A stretch of DNA of 64,000 nucleotides from Balanoglossus misakiensis (lineage: Eukaryota; Animalia; Hemichordata), in the NCBI GenBank assembly GCA_040954595.2, contig CM082579.2, positions 10,777,625 to 10,841,624 of the forward strand, given 5' to 3'. Within the stretch, counting starts at the first letter, position 1; every line of letters begins with the position of its first letter. Below the pieces are notes generated by a model. It made no database searches. It was not told the origin of the DNA and saw nothing but the letters and a program-made list of their open reading frames with translations. Both the position numbers and the translations under genes were made by a program. Shown piece after piece: positions 48,350-63,218 of this stretch.

Positions 48350-51300
48350 ATATTGAGTGCGTGTCTGATACATATGATATGTGCAATCAATACTGAAAAA
48401 CTCCTAAGTGTAATCAAATCTACAGTATTTTGAGATTTTGTATAATTAATCTAATTTTTTTTAATCATTTGTAGACCCCCCTAAGAACTCTATTACACAA
48501 ACTCAATAATCTTGCATCTTGACTTCAGGGAATGTGGAGCTGCCTAAAGGATCTTAATTAATTAAGTAATTAATTTTGCCATTGTATCCTTTTGGAATTT
48601 ACAATATTTTATCAAGAAATGTTTTTTTGGGTGATATTTTTCAATGATCTTGCAATCAGTAGTTGTAGAATAAATAGCAATGTACCAGGAAGACAAAAAG
48701 CCAATGCTTAAGAAACACATCAGTTTTGATTGTTTGAATGAGGGGATCTTTCATGATGTCATACTCTAGTAGGTTATCAGAGGTCAGGGTTCAAATTGTA
48801 AGCTGTCTTGTTTTTAAAAGGAAACTGAAAAAGCATGATAAGGGGATTTACCAACTTCAAATAATATTTTTGATTGGTCACTACCTGATTGTAATTTCAA
48901 TCTAAATTTTACATATTTAGCTGCATACCTGAAATTTGCATGTCATCATGATTTTATCTCAATTTTAAAACGATTTTAAAATAGTGAACATTGTTCTTGC
49001 CCATACAAATGTAAAACTTGGTTACTCCTATAAAATGGGGATTTTAATGTTGGTAGGCATACTGTGTTGACATGTTTGTCAAGTCTTTGATATGCATAGT
49101 AATAATTTTTTATACAACTTCTGCATGTGTAAAGGCATTATGCTAAATGGATCATGTGTTAAGGCATATTGTTAGATATTGTAGTTTTTATATGAATTCA
49201 GGCATGAATATTTTTGATATGCATATTTTGATTTTTGTACTGATGTGGATATTATTACAAAAATATTTTAAAGTTTGATGCTGAATGTGATAAAGCAATG
49301 TTTTTCACACTATTTGACATGATGATATCACAAGTTTGATGTGAATAAATGATTAAACCACTGTTTTGATAAAGTCGTTTCAATGATATTGCCTATCGGA
49401 CAAAATTTGACACACATATACACAGTGTATCTCATAGATTTGATCTCAAATTACGTGCTGTTTTTAATCTGCATACCAAGTTTCAAGCAAACTGACTATC
49501 GATCGATACAAGCAGTTTACTATGAGAAAAAATTACAACAAATGACAAAAATATCCTCAAAAGACAGCAATGCTATTTTTGTCCTCATTTGAGGAAATCC
49601 AAATGGTTGCTGGCAATTTGAAAACTAAAATTCAGACCAACTAGTAGACATGGTGATTTTGAGGGGCTTTTGCAGTTGGCACACAAATCATCAGACAGGG
49701 CGCCTCCAATGTCCACACAATCAATGATCATTACAACTTTGTGAACTGTGGTGGCGCTCTAACTACTGCACACGACATGGAGTCTGTTGGGGAATGGCAA
49801 CGAGGCTGATTGGGATAATATGTATAAACACAATCTGATTAAAATCAGATGTAGGGAACGGCTTGGTATAAACATGCCTGTATACAGTTGCCATTTTCAT
49901 TTATTCATTCTTCCTTCCTTCCTTTTTTTCGTTAACCAGTGTGATGGTCAGGTAGACAATGATCATTCTAACTTGTTCATATTATCCAAATATCAAATAA
50001 ATAACACGCATCCATTATGGTAACATATATATGAAAATTAGCATCCTTATTGTTCAACCGCAAATTTTATATGTGAGATCTTGGAATAGAAAATATGTCT
50101 GACAGCTGTACGGTTGTAGTTTCCGTTTGAAACGTGTTCGTACTTTAAACATATAATGTATTTCTTTTCGGACGATAAACGGAAGGTATAAAAACAGACA
50201 AAATACGATGCATGACGTCAAGTTTCGTCGGACCTTGACACTGGCATATTAATGCCAAATTCTACCGGCGTTCATATCGCCTATCTCTTCATCGATGTCT
50301 TGTCTAGTGTTTAGTAGGCCCACAACCTTTAAAGTCGTTATCGATTAATGAGTCTTTAATGTTCCAATACAACTAACAGCATCCTGGTGTGGTGTCCTTG
50401 ATGTGTGTGTGTAGATATTCCAAGTTTGACCATTGCATTGTTTCACCGACTTTTTAAATCTTCGCGTCGTTATTTTTGAATTTTGTATGACCACACTGAT
50501 TTAATGATACATTAGGTATGATACTGAGGCTAAAAACGGCCAATGCATTCTACAGAATTATGCTGTTGTTTTTTCGTTTATATTACTATATCGATTGGTA
50601 TAAATGAGATTTTCTTGATACACTGTTATGTAGGCTACACAGTATGGAATTCTCCGCGGGTCAAACACACAACCACAATTTGTGGTGTAAACATCCCGCC
50701 ATATTATGAGAGAGTGGTTTGGCTGTTTGCCCGATCTTTGCCGCAAACGGAAACTAACACTTGTCAATTTGGCTCAAAACCAACGTTCTCACTCCTAACT
50801 TCCAATATTGTTTCGGGCCTCAAAGCCGTATTTAGTATATGTTACAAACGGCCAACAGAAAGCAACGTACAAAGGAGCAATCCATATATTTGATATCGGG
50901 GGCTGGAGGATTTTCGAAACAGGAAATTATTGCCAACCAACTTTGGGGGAAAAAAACAATTGTCTCTGCAAACGAAAAACAGAGAATGTCTTCACGGAAT
51001 GCCAACAATTGCTTGCGATGAGTTCCGCGCGACATCTTCGCCCACTAAGGTCTTGCTCTATTTTTCAGTGATCTCCGGAGATGTCGCCTACAAGTTCAAC
51101 GGTATTTGTCTCATTAGTGACGCTGCACACTCTATTTCTTGTTAGTTTTATTGCAAAATAAGTCAAATACCGGGGTCAAGTATTAGTGAATGAGTATACC
51201 ACGTTGTATACCGTAGCGAGAGACGAAGACTTCACAAAAGAACCAGTTTTCTGCGCCTCACTGGTTTTCATTATGGCACATGACCTACAGTCACTTGATG

Positions 51301-53042
51301 AAGTGAAGCCTGTGAAATGTACATTCTGTATTTAAATAATCTACAAGAAATCACTTTACTGAGGTGGTTCATCTCTACAAATAAGAATATATGCGTTTTC
51401 TTTGCTGTGCATGTTTTTTTTCTGCAGATGCAAAACCCAGTAAATTATGTATATGGTGTTTTACTTGTGACCCATATTGACAAGAGCGAATAATAGCGTA
51501 GTGCATCAACTATATCAAAGGAATTTCCTTCAAAACAACACTTGGTCGAAAAGTAACGATAAAGTTGCATTTCCTCCTAGCCCCTCAATATAAAATGGTT
51601 GTCCCCTATTAAATCGTAACCTACGTATAGTACAGTCTATCGGCAAGTTGCCAATATTCCAGTAAACTGCTGGTGTATTACATGCATATCATATGCCGAA
51701 GCTATGGCACCCACGGAATCTTTCTCTCCTCCAATGCATTTCGTGAATGGGCTGATAATTAAAACGGGACGTGGAGTTAAATTTACGACAAACCTTGCCA
51801 AGTTTCAAATAACCTCGGATCTAGTGTAATGACGTAGGAAAATAGGACGAGGTTCATTGAACGACAACTAGATTTCGCGAACAGCGCGTCAGTGGTGATC
51901 TTCTGAAAGCGGTAGACAATTTAAGGATTTACTTGACCTCGGCCAAGTTCAAGTGTTTTTCCTTTCGAGATTGTTTCGACCTTTAAGAAGATATCCAGTA
52001 CGCAGCACACCCCACCGGAATACCAAATGAATATTGAAGTACGTCTTTCAATCGATATGTTTTGCCAATTTGTATGCCAAACTTTTCAAATGCAAATTTC
52101 ATTGTCAGAGTTTTTTTTTTGATTACTTTTGCTTTAATTTTATGTAAGCGGACGCGAAATTTTCTCCTTGTTTAGTGTGATTATGTTTGTCTGTGTCATG
52201 TGTGAGTCTATATAAGAACAAAGTTAAAGGGAAGGGGTCGTCGCGCCGCGTGGGTGTCCCCCTTCATGAGAATATGTCCTCCCATACCAGCACAAACCTC
52301 ACTGCAGTTGCCACGACCTACTAGGATCTTCAGTTGCTGTCATGCCCGGTCTACTTGGTAAAATATTTTCATGGTTCAACTCCTAGTAAGATTTAAACAA
52401 TTCCATATGTCTATTCATTGGCGTTTTCTCTTTTATGATTTGGTGAGTTAGTGAAGGTATGGATACGAAACGCCTCCACAATACACCAGACTGGGTTATG
52501 AGGGCGCAGTACCCAGTGCCAATCATTGCTGGATGATGAGGTGATGAGAATCCAGCAGGACCAACCCGATCTATTCAGTCAAAGACCGTAAATTCAAATT
52601 TAAGATTTCCAATAACTTGGCATCAATACCATTTTATTTAATATTACTTCATCAGAAGGCGATATTAAAACAATCATTACATTTTGTGTGAAAATACAAA
52701 ATTTATCGTTACTGCATGTCTTCTACAAACGAGAGTTTTAACTCATTTTGGAACGGGTTCCTAGGAATATCGAGTACTTAAATGGACAATTTATCTGGTG
52801 CCAACCAGGAAAGTTATGAAAATAAGAAATATATCCCAAATAAATCAGCTTTTAAATTTCGTGGACAAATTTAATCTCTGGCATGTCTAAGACATGATTA
52901 TAGAAGATTTTTTACGTACTGATTCCGTACGTTGTGTCAATGAGGCTCACAACTTGGGTGGCAATCTTTCATACTCACTCACCCTGCTGAACGGACTAAA
53001 CCCATGAATACTTACTTCATCATTTTATGTTTGGTCAATACC

Positions 53043-53128
53043 TAGTCTCGGTTACCCAGAGCCCTCTGCTTCTTCCGTTGGGCACTCCAGAAACGGAAGA
53101 AGCAGAGGGCTCTGGGTAACCGAGACTA
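53043..53128. mobile_element. 86-bp palindromic mini-element (Academ-like)
   Basis: TAGTCTCGGTTACCCAGAGCCCTCTGCTTCTTCCGTT with its exact inverse at the other end; flanks gtcaatacc / gtcaataat (7/9 match). Confidence 0.75.
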
Positions 53129-54714
53129 GTCAATAATGAAATTGTGTCGAAGTATAGTATTCACACGTTATAATGCCCGCAAACAGGTGTGAGTTGTAAC
53201 CTCCGATTCGGATTCAGTTGCAACTTCAGAACGATTGAGTATTTAATATTGCCTCTCAAGTTTTCAAATCATAATTTAGATACTTAAAAATAACAACGGT
53301 GAGACAAGTTCTTGACAAATGATACATGTCCTAACTGTAGAAAATACAAAGCTTCGGCAAATAAAGAAATAGTCATAAATATTCGAACGGTTTATATTTC
53401 AATCATAAAAAAGAATTTACGCACCTTATGTTTACTTACTTAAATATCCATGCACTTAAAATAGCAAAAAATGATTGATAAATGGATTTCTTGGTATTTT
53501 ATCATAAAATTACCTATTTGCTTGCCAATTAAAATGATATGCAATACAAAGTCATACAGCTGCTTGTAACTGACCACTGAGGTAGAAACAATTTCATATT
53601 AACGCTATGCTCACAAATAATGGGTTTGGTTTGGAGGAATTGTGAATACAATCTTTCAGATTCTCTCCCCTCCCCCGTCTTCCCCCAAATCAGACCCCCT
53701 CCCCCTCATATAACATTCCAAACCCCTCTACCCTAAGGCATGCGAAATGTTCCAGTTCTTTACCGGAACACAAGCCTTATTTTTTTTTCTGTGCATAAAT
53801 CCTATTAATCTTCTACTTTCCCGAATATGTTTAGATTTCTACCTATCGGCACGGTTTTATATGTGAAACGCCCACTGATAACTGAATTCAAAATTTCCCT
53901 TGTGCACGTGATGACCACGTGATGACATAATCAGTACGTGTATTCCGTAGTCTACAGGTGTGTTGCAATTACTGTGATGACAGAAATGGTTTATAAATGA
54001 TATTTCATAATGGGTTATCTGTGAGCACCAATGCACGAGATTAGGTTGCTTCCTGTAGGAACCAATTTATTTCCAGATCCCCTTCTAACACCGGTAATTC
54101 CCAAGTCGTTCTCTACTGTCCTAAACATTTTCATGTCCTCCGACTCCTCCACCCACTATTTGCGAACGTAACCTAATCAGTTTACAAAAAGTACATGTGA
54201 CATGGCAAGTTGAATCCAGGCCAAGAAAAGTGACGACTGGATTTACGCAGATGTTGTTAGACCATGTCTTGTATCATGTTGCCGAGTGGTTTCATGATTG
54301 ATTTCCCAGTGACATGACCAAGAACCGAACTTAACGATAGAGATAATCGCATCTTGCATTTTGTCGCTTGGTGTTTACAAACGAGAGAGTAAAATTGAAC
54401 GTGAAAGAACAAAACACCATTTTGAAAGTACGATGTTCCATGTTACAATATCACCATGGAAATGTCTGATGTTCACCCGTTTATGTATGGGTTTCAATAC
54501 TTTTTATACGAAAAAAACAACAACGGAACGTATCAGTTAATTTCAATTCTCAAGTCTTTTGTTGATACGTGTACTATATAAAAGATGATTGTGTCGTTAC
54601 TTTCGCTAAGCCGGTATGTACTCCTATTGATGACAGAATCTCCGGATACCCACAAATTTCAGACGTTTTGTTTTCGGTGAAAGAAGCAGTCGTACGTATA
54701 CCAGTTCACTAAAG

Positions 54715-56367
54715 TCACTGTCTGTCGTTGAGTAAATCATGTATGAGACGCTGTAAGAAATTTCTGTTAGCATCAGCGCTATGGCGGATAGATTCTGTCA
54801 GTTTTAGAATACCATCCTGGATGTCCCGAATTTCATCGCCGAGGCCAAGGTCTTCGCGTTCCAAGTATTCGATTTTGGTTCGCACTTCGGCAAACTCCTC
54901 GCCATTGCCCTGCTGCATGTCTAAAAGGTTATCGACGGAGGTTTTGACACCCACCACATCAAACGAATGCTTGTCTTGGAGACTTGCCAGCGCAGAATTA
55001 GCATTTTGAAACAATGTGCTGTAATGGTGCTCACCCTGTTCTCGTTTCATCTCCTCTATCTTGACTTTATCTTCCAGATATGCCAGCCTGGTCCTAAGAT
55101 TGTCGCTTTCGGCTTTGAAATCCCCCAACTGCAAGTTAATCCCTTTAATCTGGCTTGTGATGTCTGCCAAACATTCATCCATGGCCGATCGGAATTGGCT
55201 CATATCGCTCTTAACCCTCGATATTTGAGTGTTCACAGTTTCGATATTGTCTTCACAGCAGTATTTCTGTAGGTTTTCCACCGTGTCGTCTAATGTATCA
55301 ATGTCTACCCACTGGTCTTTGTTCTCTGTTGTGAGCCGAGTGATGCTGTGTCGAATGTCGTCTATTACATCATCGTGGTCTTCTGTGAACTCCTGAAGGT
55401 CGCCCTCGATGCGGTGCACGTCATAGGTCATATGAACCATATCGATGCCCTGCTCGTACAACTTTTCTTTGTTTTCCTCGATGTCATCTTTCAGGTCATC
55501 TTCTATGTCTCCCACTTCTTCCCTGATAACCGCTACCAATCTTTCCACTTGGCCGATTCTTCGCTGCATATCAAGCACAGACTGCGAGACATCTAAACCC
55601 CCTCTGCCCACATGATGTCTCCATCCATCCGTCTCTTCTTTATTGATATCCCCGCTCAGTTGGATGACAGCGATATCCCTTTGGATATCCTTCGTCAATA
55701 CAGCTTGTTCGTCTAGATGTCCAATAGCAAAACCGAACCGCTCATGTTGGGCCTGCTTCAGCGTGGCGATTTCTTCTTCATTTTGTTGACTGATCACAAC
55801 TGCTTCCTTCAGTGTCTCTGTCAAGTTTTCCAGTATGCTCGCCTGCTCTTGCAATCGTGTGATTGCGTGCGGGTTAGCTTGTGACATCAACAGCTCTTCT
55901 AAGTGCCTGACGGTATCACTAATATTCCTGATGGTACCACTCTGCCGATCAAGTCTGCCTTTCCAGTCTCCCTTGCCTTGTTGTATTCTCAAGAGCTTCA
56001 GAGTATTTTCTAACACTTGGATGTTAAGGTCTTTCAGCCGCACGTCTAATATTGCCACTTTGGCCTCGATGTTCCTCCCGCGGAGTCTTTGAGACAACTC
56101 GTCGACAGTGGAGCCGTCCTCAACGTCGTTGGACACATCAAAGATTGATCCTTCCATGGCAGAACTCAGGGACTGCTCCGCCTGCGCCAGGCGGAAGAGA
56201 AAAAATTCTCTCTGATAGTCGTCTGGCGGTGGAATGGGAAAAGACTCCTCCTCGCCACGCTCATCCATCTGCTGCATCTGGTTGTCATAGTGATATTCAG
56301 GGAGAGATGAGGCGGTCACCATATGACTGCCACAGATAACTACCAAAGCTAGGTAAAGAGGTTGCAT
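54715..56367 (-). CDS. Intronless 550-aa putative secreted acidic coiled-coil protein, function unknown
   Basis: Long ORF with higher GC than its flanks. Hydrophobic N-terminus (MQPLYLALVVICGSHMVTASS) looks like a signal peptide; heptad-like L/I/E/D/Q-rich body; no recognisable globular domain. Confidence 0.8.
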   Translation of the reverse strand: MQPLYLALVVICGSHMVTASSLPEYHYDNQMQQMDERGEEESFPIPPPDDYQREFFLFRLAQAEQSLSSAMEGSIFDVSNDVEDGSTVDELSQRLRGRNIEAKVAILDVRLKDLNIQVLENTLKLLRIQQGKGDWKGRLDRQSGTIRNISDTVRHLEELLMSQANPHAITRLQEQASILENLTETLKEAVVISQQNEEEIATLKQAQHERFGFAIGHLDEQAVLTKDIQRDIAVIQLSGDINKEETDGWRHHVGRGGLDVSQSVLDMQRRIGQVERLVAVIREEVGDIEDDLKDDIEENKEKLYEQGIDMVHMTYDVHRIEGDLQEFTEDHDDVIDDIRHSITRLTTENKDQWVDIDTLDDTVENLQKYCCEDNIETVNTQISRVKSDMSQFRSAMDECLADITSQIKGINLQLGDFKAESDNLRTRLAYLEDKVKIEEMKREQGEHHYSTLFQNANSALASLQDKHSFDVVGVKTSVDNLLDMQQGNGEEFAEVRTKIEYLEREDLGLGDEIRDIQDGILKLTESIRHSADANRNFLQRLIHDLLNDRQ

Positions 56368-58070
56368 TTCTGACGTTGGACTGGCACCTGTCTGGGTCTG
56401 TCACGGGAACTGCGGCCACTTCTTGGCAATCGGAATATGTGAGCCACTATTTGTACTCCAGCCAAGTAATTTTGTGGGCATTCAACGATCAACATGATTT
56501 CCGGTACCCCACCACAACAAAAGAGACAATCCATTCTAGTCTGGTGAAGGGGGGTTGTACTACTAAATTGAGGGGACATTTGACGCAAATTTTAGGACCG
56601 GCGGTGCATTTCGTCCAGTCTTTCTGTTCAGAGGATTTTGTCACGTGCGGAATTGTAAGTAAATGATCGGTAGCCAGGAGTACTCTGTTTATATTGTTAT
56701 TTATTCAAAACCCAACTCTGAATAATTTGGGGCTACACCTGTTGAGTGGCCACCGCCGATGTATTTCCCGTCATTGTGCAAATCGCATCGCCAATTCTCC
56801 CCCCAAATGAAGGTTATGGGGTTATGACACAACGCCCGGGTGTTAATAGAAGTTTGGAATGGGAGGACATGTCGATGAATGGGATGTCACAAGAATGTCA
56901 ACCTTCTTCAATAGAGCTTGCCTTGGCAATTTGGTGTGAATGTCTTGACGTTTGATTTGTGCACGCAGAGCCTACATCCTCTGTCGTCATATTCTTACAA
57001 AACCATTAGAATTGAAAGTGGCAATAATACACTCGTAGTATAAATTATGCATCGTCACTTGCTTATACACGGTGGCTTATCCAAACATTTCTGTACGCCT
57101 TCAATATTCGATCATTGCCTTGCAACCGTATAGATACCTCATCACCTTGTCAAGGACCGACTTACAAAATGACACAATAAAATGGCCTTAAAGTGCAAGA
57201 GGCAACCTACTTATGTATGACCCTGTTTTGCAGAGAGGTTGACAAGGCAAATCATTTCCGCGAATCGTCGATACATCGACACACAAAGACTTTACACACA
57301 CATCTCTGATATCTGTACGCGATAGACAACAATTACTATGTCAGAAACTGAGTTCAACGTTAGTTTGGGGTGATTCCTGATTCGTGTGCGTGCTATAAAA
57401 TAAATCCATCAGTCTGTGAAATTTGTGAAATTGCCGACCCTTCAGGTAATCTTGTCCATCCGTTCATGAATCTTAAAGATTTTAAGCTAGACTTATGCCA
57501 TATTTCAACACACTTTTTTGCCTTATAAAGTACCCGAAGATGACTGGGCGATCTGCCAAATTGAACAGCTGGACTGAATATCCGTATGCGTAACATTGCT
57601 ATGAGCTATACCTACTGCGTTCTCAGCAGGAAACATTTACTTACGTTTTAAAAACAACCTTGTTTCTGAACTTGCCTTTGTGACTGCGTCTTTGTGACGC
57701 GAACTGTCGATGGTCAGACGTAGCAGGACGTCAAGGGCGTGAGTGACAGACATAATAGACAACTTTCAAAATCCAACCTTGTCTCGCAGTTCCAACTAAA
57801 CGAGGTCAAGAGGGAAGGAAAGCTGTTCACATGTGGGCCGTCAGATTGGCAGTTGAACACTTTCAATAGAATTCTCTCCTCCCCAGTCTTTATGAACGCG
57901 GTAAGATTACGTTAGTTTGTGTTGTAATCCAAAACTAAAAGAAGGTTCATATTTTGAATTCCACGTACTCTTCCTCCTATATTCTTTGGTATAAGTTTTA
58001 TTTCGCATTCGGGGCCGAAACACATTTAGAGAGTAGGATACACTTTGGAGATGACTCTCATGTTGTTGAA

Positions 58071-58163
<93 letters not shown>
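58071..58163. repeat. (GAT)n microsatellite, ~31 units
   Basis: Seen directly. Confidence 0.95.
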
Positions 58164-58164
<1 letters not shown>

Positions 58165-59941
58165 TATTTAAAAGCAAAACATGTACAGCTCAAATATACA
58201 TGTCTCAGTTTGTTTCATATTCAGCGATTATTGAAACAATCAAGTTGCAACTGACGTCTGCTGATGCGAAGGATTACAAGTTTATGGCTGCAGTGAACGG
58301 GAGAAGTGTCGTTGAACTATGCCAAAACAACAAGTGGTTAGTTTGGTTGCCACGCGATGTGGCGTAATACTACAGGATATGACAACAATTGGTCATTATA
58401 CTTCACTAATGACTTTGCCCACTAGGTCCCATAAACTAAAACCGATTTAACTACATGTAAATGTTTTAAAGGCAAACAAACGGCCTGTAGTTATTATTTC
58501 AACTTCTATCCATGTAATTTTCACGCGGCTACAAGAAGTGACCGAAAGGTATTTTAAAAACCGATGAGGTCGCGTAGTACTAATCGATTCCGTGTACACA
58601 GCAAACAATGTGCTCCTGGTCTTCTATATTTTACCCAATGGTGCTGTTCTAGAGACACCAAGAAAACATCGGCGTTTGGGGCTCTATCTCCCGAAGCTGG
58701 GGATAATTCTCCGTATCTGGAGTAACCTTATGATATGAGTTACATATCCTGCTTGCATTTACTCATGTATTTCAAAGTAAGGGACACGCGTGAAGTAATT
58801 TAAAATATATCTTTACAGACACATCATGTAATATGGCATTGTACATGTATATCGAATCATTCGTGTCATCAGTTATCGTTTTGTCGGTGGAATGTAGGTA
58901 CAAATGTACATGATTGCTGTGATGTGTTTCACAAGTCACATCCTCACGAAAGACCTCGACTGTCGGACTTGATTACTTTCCACAATATTTTTTTCTTAAA
59001 TAACTGCAATATTTGGCAGTACATGTACAGGACGAATGTCATACTGTAAAAGTCTGTATTACCGAGAACGCAAACGACCGACAACCACTTGGGGGCACTG
59101 CACTCTATGGGTCAACTTCCACTTTCAGACATATTGATTTGGCCTACAGTAACACGAGACATCAACAATCCCACTCTTGCTCTAACGAAACGTGTTGACA
59201 TGTTCAGGTCACACTGTTACAGTTTCTGCGTTTATTTGTAAGAAGGCACACTGCTTGATATATTTCTAATCCTTTTCTCCCAAACCACGAATTTTAATAT
59301 CTTGCCTGAACCGTCTCAAATGTTCACACTTGATTACATACAATTTGTACAACACAAACGACATTCCGATGAAGTGCGCACGTCATCAACTGGATTTTGC
59401 TCAGTGTAATGTTCATCTCGATCTTTCACGCACAGAAAATGAAGAAAGTATATCAGTCCATCTGTCTGTCAAGAGCCATTACTATGACAGACAGACGGAC
59501 AGACAAACGCATGGCCAAAATCATAAGTTCCCAATACATCATCTACAGCGACTAAAAATGACATTTCAGTTTCTCACTTCAGTTTAAGTTAATAATGCCT
59601 TGATCGGGGGGAAAGTCACACCCCAAACACAACAGATTCATAATATACCTTGATTTTTATTGATAAAGAAAATTACAATATTTGAAGTTTTTCAAACATA
59701 TTAGGGTACACTGGGATGTCTTTTCATCCGATGCAAATCATTTTAATTAATTGTTTATTTATTTGCATATTTATGTAAAATATGGTTGTAATGACATTCA
59801 TCGGTTACTATTTTATTGGAAATAATGACAATGGCCTTAAAATCAATGCTTGAGATTGTTGGGCATTGCATAATCTATTCTATAAACATTGAGTGAGTGT
59901 ATATAGTTTTTAATGATATGTCCATCTGACAAAACATGAAT

Positions 59942-60147
59942 TACTGTAAAACACTTTATTTTCGCGAGCAATCAATTTTCGCGAAATACGCGAGAGCCAA
60001 AATAGCGTGAAAATAAAAAGTCAATTTTTTAGAAGGTAACGATGCAGTGAATGAAATAAGAGAACGCGAAAATTAATACTCGCGAAACAGTGGCCTCTCT
60101 CGATATCGCGAAAATTTCAACTCGCGAAAATAAAGTGTTTTACAGTA
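59942..60147. mobile_element. MITE family B copy
   Basis: TA TSD and full TIRs. Confidence 0.85.
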
Positions 60148-60158
60148 TCCTGCAAACA

Positions 60159-60324
60159 TACAGTAAAACATGTCTAAACCGGACACCAAAGGAGACTGAG
60201 TATTGTTTGGTTTTGAAGAGGTGTCTGGTTTACAGAGGTTCTTTTGATCTGTGGTTTTATGTGAAGGGCACTGGAAAGAGTGTTCGGTATAGACAGGTTT
60301 CCAGATTAGACAGGTTTTAATGTA
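60159..60324. mobile_element. TA-flanked pogo/Tigger-like MITE
   Basis: ta-CAGTAAAACATGTCTAA ... TTAGACAGGTTTTAATG-ta. Confidence 0.6.
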
Positions 60325-62988
60325 TCTGCATGTTACTGACTCAGCTATTTATTTAGTGCAACAACATTAATACGAATAAAAAAAGACATCATTGGTGATG
60401 TCGTTAATCCTGGAGTGACAAGAAGGGATATTCTCTTTGCTAAAAAAACTCCTTTTGTATAAAAATCCTCATCTAAATCCACCCGTGGTTACAATGCTTG
60501 GACAACATCCGAAGTCTGCACTGCCAATGTTTCAGTGAAGTCTGCTCCAAAAAAAAATGACCACCAGATTCAAAAGCGTGAACATATTTGCAGACAACTG
60601 TAATGCACATTTGCACAGATGGTCAAAAAAGTATTTAACACATTTTAAGTTTACCGGAGGTAAAAGCCAATATACTATCTCCAGCAATGACTTTACGTGG
60701 TGAGGTACCAACTCTAACATGTGTTGCATTGTTAAGAATGAATCATCTTCATCTCGTATGTGAAGACAAGACACACACACATATTCCACTTTTTGACAAT
60801 TTCCCAACCTTTTCACTCTGGGGTCTACGGCCATACTATAACCATGTCACGTTTTGTAGAACTTTTGTATTCATGTTTTGACAGATTCACCCTGTTCAAT
60901 GTGAATGATACACACCCTGTAACTGCACAGCTTAGAATTCTAAAGCAATATAGAAAATATATATGAATGAAGAGTCTTTCATAGATGAGAACCACATCTG
61001 TTATGTCATCCACCATGTGCTGTATTTTCACATTTCTTTTTTCATTTTTAAAGTAATGTTATTTAATGCAATAGGCCACTTTCATGACCAATTCACACCC
61101 TGGCATTTTGTCAGAATTGATTTGCAGTTTTGAAACAAACTCTGGCTACCATGCTAATTCTTTAGTATCAATCACGTGATCTAGCCATGTGACCCATGGA
61201 GTTGTCATTTCCAGATGACAGGCAAGCAATATTTCGGCATCCAGTAATACTGTAAGACACTTGGTTGCTACATACATGTAATGCTTTTTAGATCCAATTT
61301 CCTTCAACCACTTAAATCATGTCCAGTTACAGAATGTGTATCTTTAAAACTTGCTGTAATGCACACATTATATAAAATAGTATTTGGTTACAAGTTTTAG
61401 TATATACATCCAAGGAAAAAATATTATATTTAAATAACAAAGAAACTTCTTTCCTCATTTTTGTGGTTTAAAATGGAATATGATATAAATGGGTACTAAT
61501 AGTCATTAATGATATGAGACCAGATTTTCTGGGTTTTTAAAAGTTCTGAAGACAAATAAGTTCTTTGGGTAGAATTCATCAAGCACATTTTCTTACTGTT
61601 TATGCAAATTTGTATCTCTGCAAAGGCTAAAGAAAAATAACACTGCAGAAACAAGTTTAAGATCCTCTAGCCTTACCCACCCCCACCTTTCACGATAATG
61701 GACTAATCCATAAATTTTAGGTCCAGTCTACTCCATTTGCACTGAAATGGGGGTAGGCAGGTTACTTAACTACATGTATTAAAACGGCAGTGGAAATTGA
61801 TTTGACAAACTTGAAAATAAATATTTTATCTTATGCACGTGTATTGTCCCAGCTATGGTACGCACTCAGACTTGCTATAAACAAAATATGTCAAGAAAAC
61901 TTTTACTTTCTTACCTGGTCTGGCACAAAGGAAATTTGAAACATTATTTCGCACTTGTATCTAAACATTTGTAACTTCACTGTAACATGACATAATGCAC
62001 TTGTTAATTGATCAAAATGTCAAAACTATCATTTCATTCAACAACACATGATAAATGTTACATCAAATCTATTGTCGACTGTCAAAAAAAACAAAGGTCA
62101 AACAATACTATTTTGTTGTTAATTAATTGCAGAACATGAAACACTAATGTTCTGAACAATTTCAATACTACATATGAAACTCAGTATTTGGTCATTGACA
62201 GTTCTCGATGAAACAACACTCTCAGAAAAGGTAAACCACAAGCACAGAACAATTTAACTTATAAACAACAAGAAATTGTCATTGAATTATCTACCATGTG
62301 ACAGTAGAATTGTAACGTCTTTAAGAGACTTTCTATCCCAAAAAGTTTTGCGTGTAACATGACAACTTTAGTGGTTGAACTGTGATTTCATAGTTTTCAC
62401 AGCTATTTGAAGAGATAATTGAAGACTTAATAATGCCATCCAACATGGCCTACAGAAACATGTTTTACTTAATGTGTCTGTCACTTTTTACAGCCAGTTT
62501 CAGGAAATCATTTCAACTTCAATACCAGACCATGGAAAAATCACCATACAAACTTATTAGAACACATGTAGTTTACTACCAAGGATGAAAGATCAGTCAG
62601 TTCACATGGTCGGGTATGTTTACCAAGAATTCAGTGGTTTCGGCCTATTATCATAATTACATTCTTTCACTCTTCTTTTAATATCAAACTACTCTCACAA
62701 GCCATATCTCTGTTGTTTAATTTTTGAATGAATGAATGAATAACGATATTCTTCTTGATAAGTTCTTCAGAACCACTGAGAGTCTTTCACTGTGTGCTCC
62801 ACAGGAGACTTGTTGGAATGGATGTTGAAACTTTAGTCAGTGCACATTTGGACTTGTTGGTCCAGACTAGATTCTCCAAGTGGACAACTGTGTTATTGAT
62901 GCTGTTCATGGGCCATAACTTTGCAGAGAGATGCGTTGCAAGACTGTTTGAAGATTCCCAGCCATTGTACCCTGCACACTGTCTGTTC

Positions 62989-63195
<207 letters not shown>

Positions 63196-63218
63196 TTATG
63201 TCAGGCAGAAAACAGGGT

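Noticed and set aside
50180-51110. Possible small + strand gene (TATA at ~50187; phase-compatible candidate exons 50634-50834 and 50923-51071)
   Set aside because: No convincing start exon, weak donor, no recognisable protein.
57954-58367. Poly-Asp / poly-Met ORFs
   Set aside because: Translation of the (GAT)n microsatellite.
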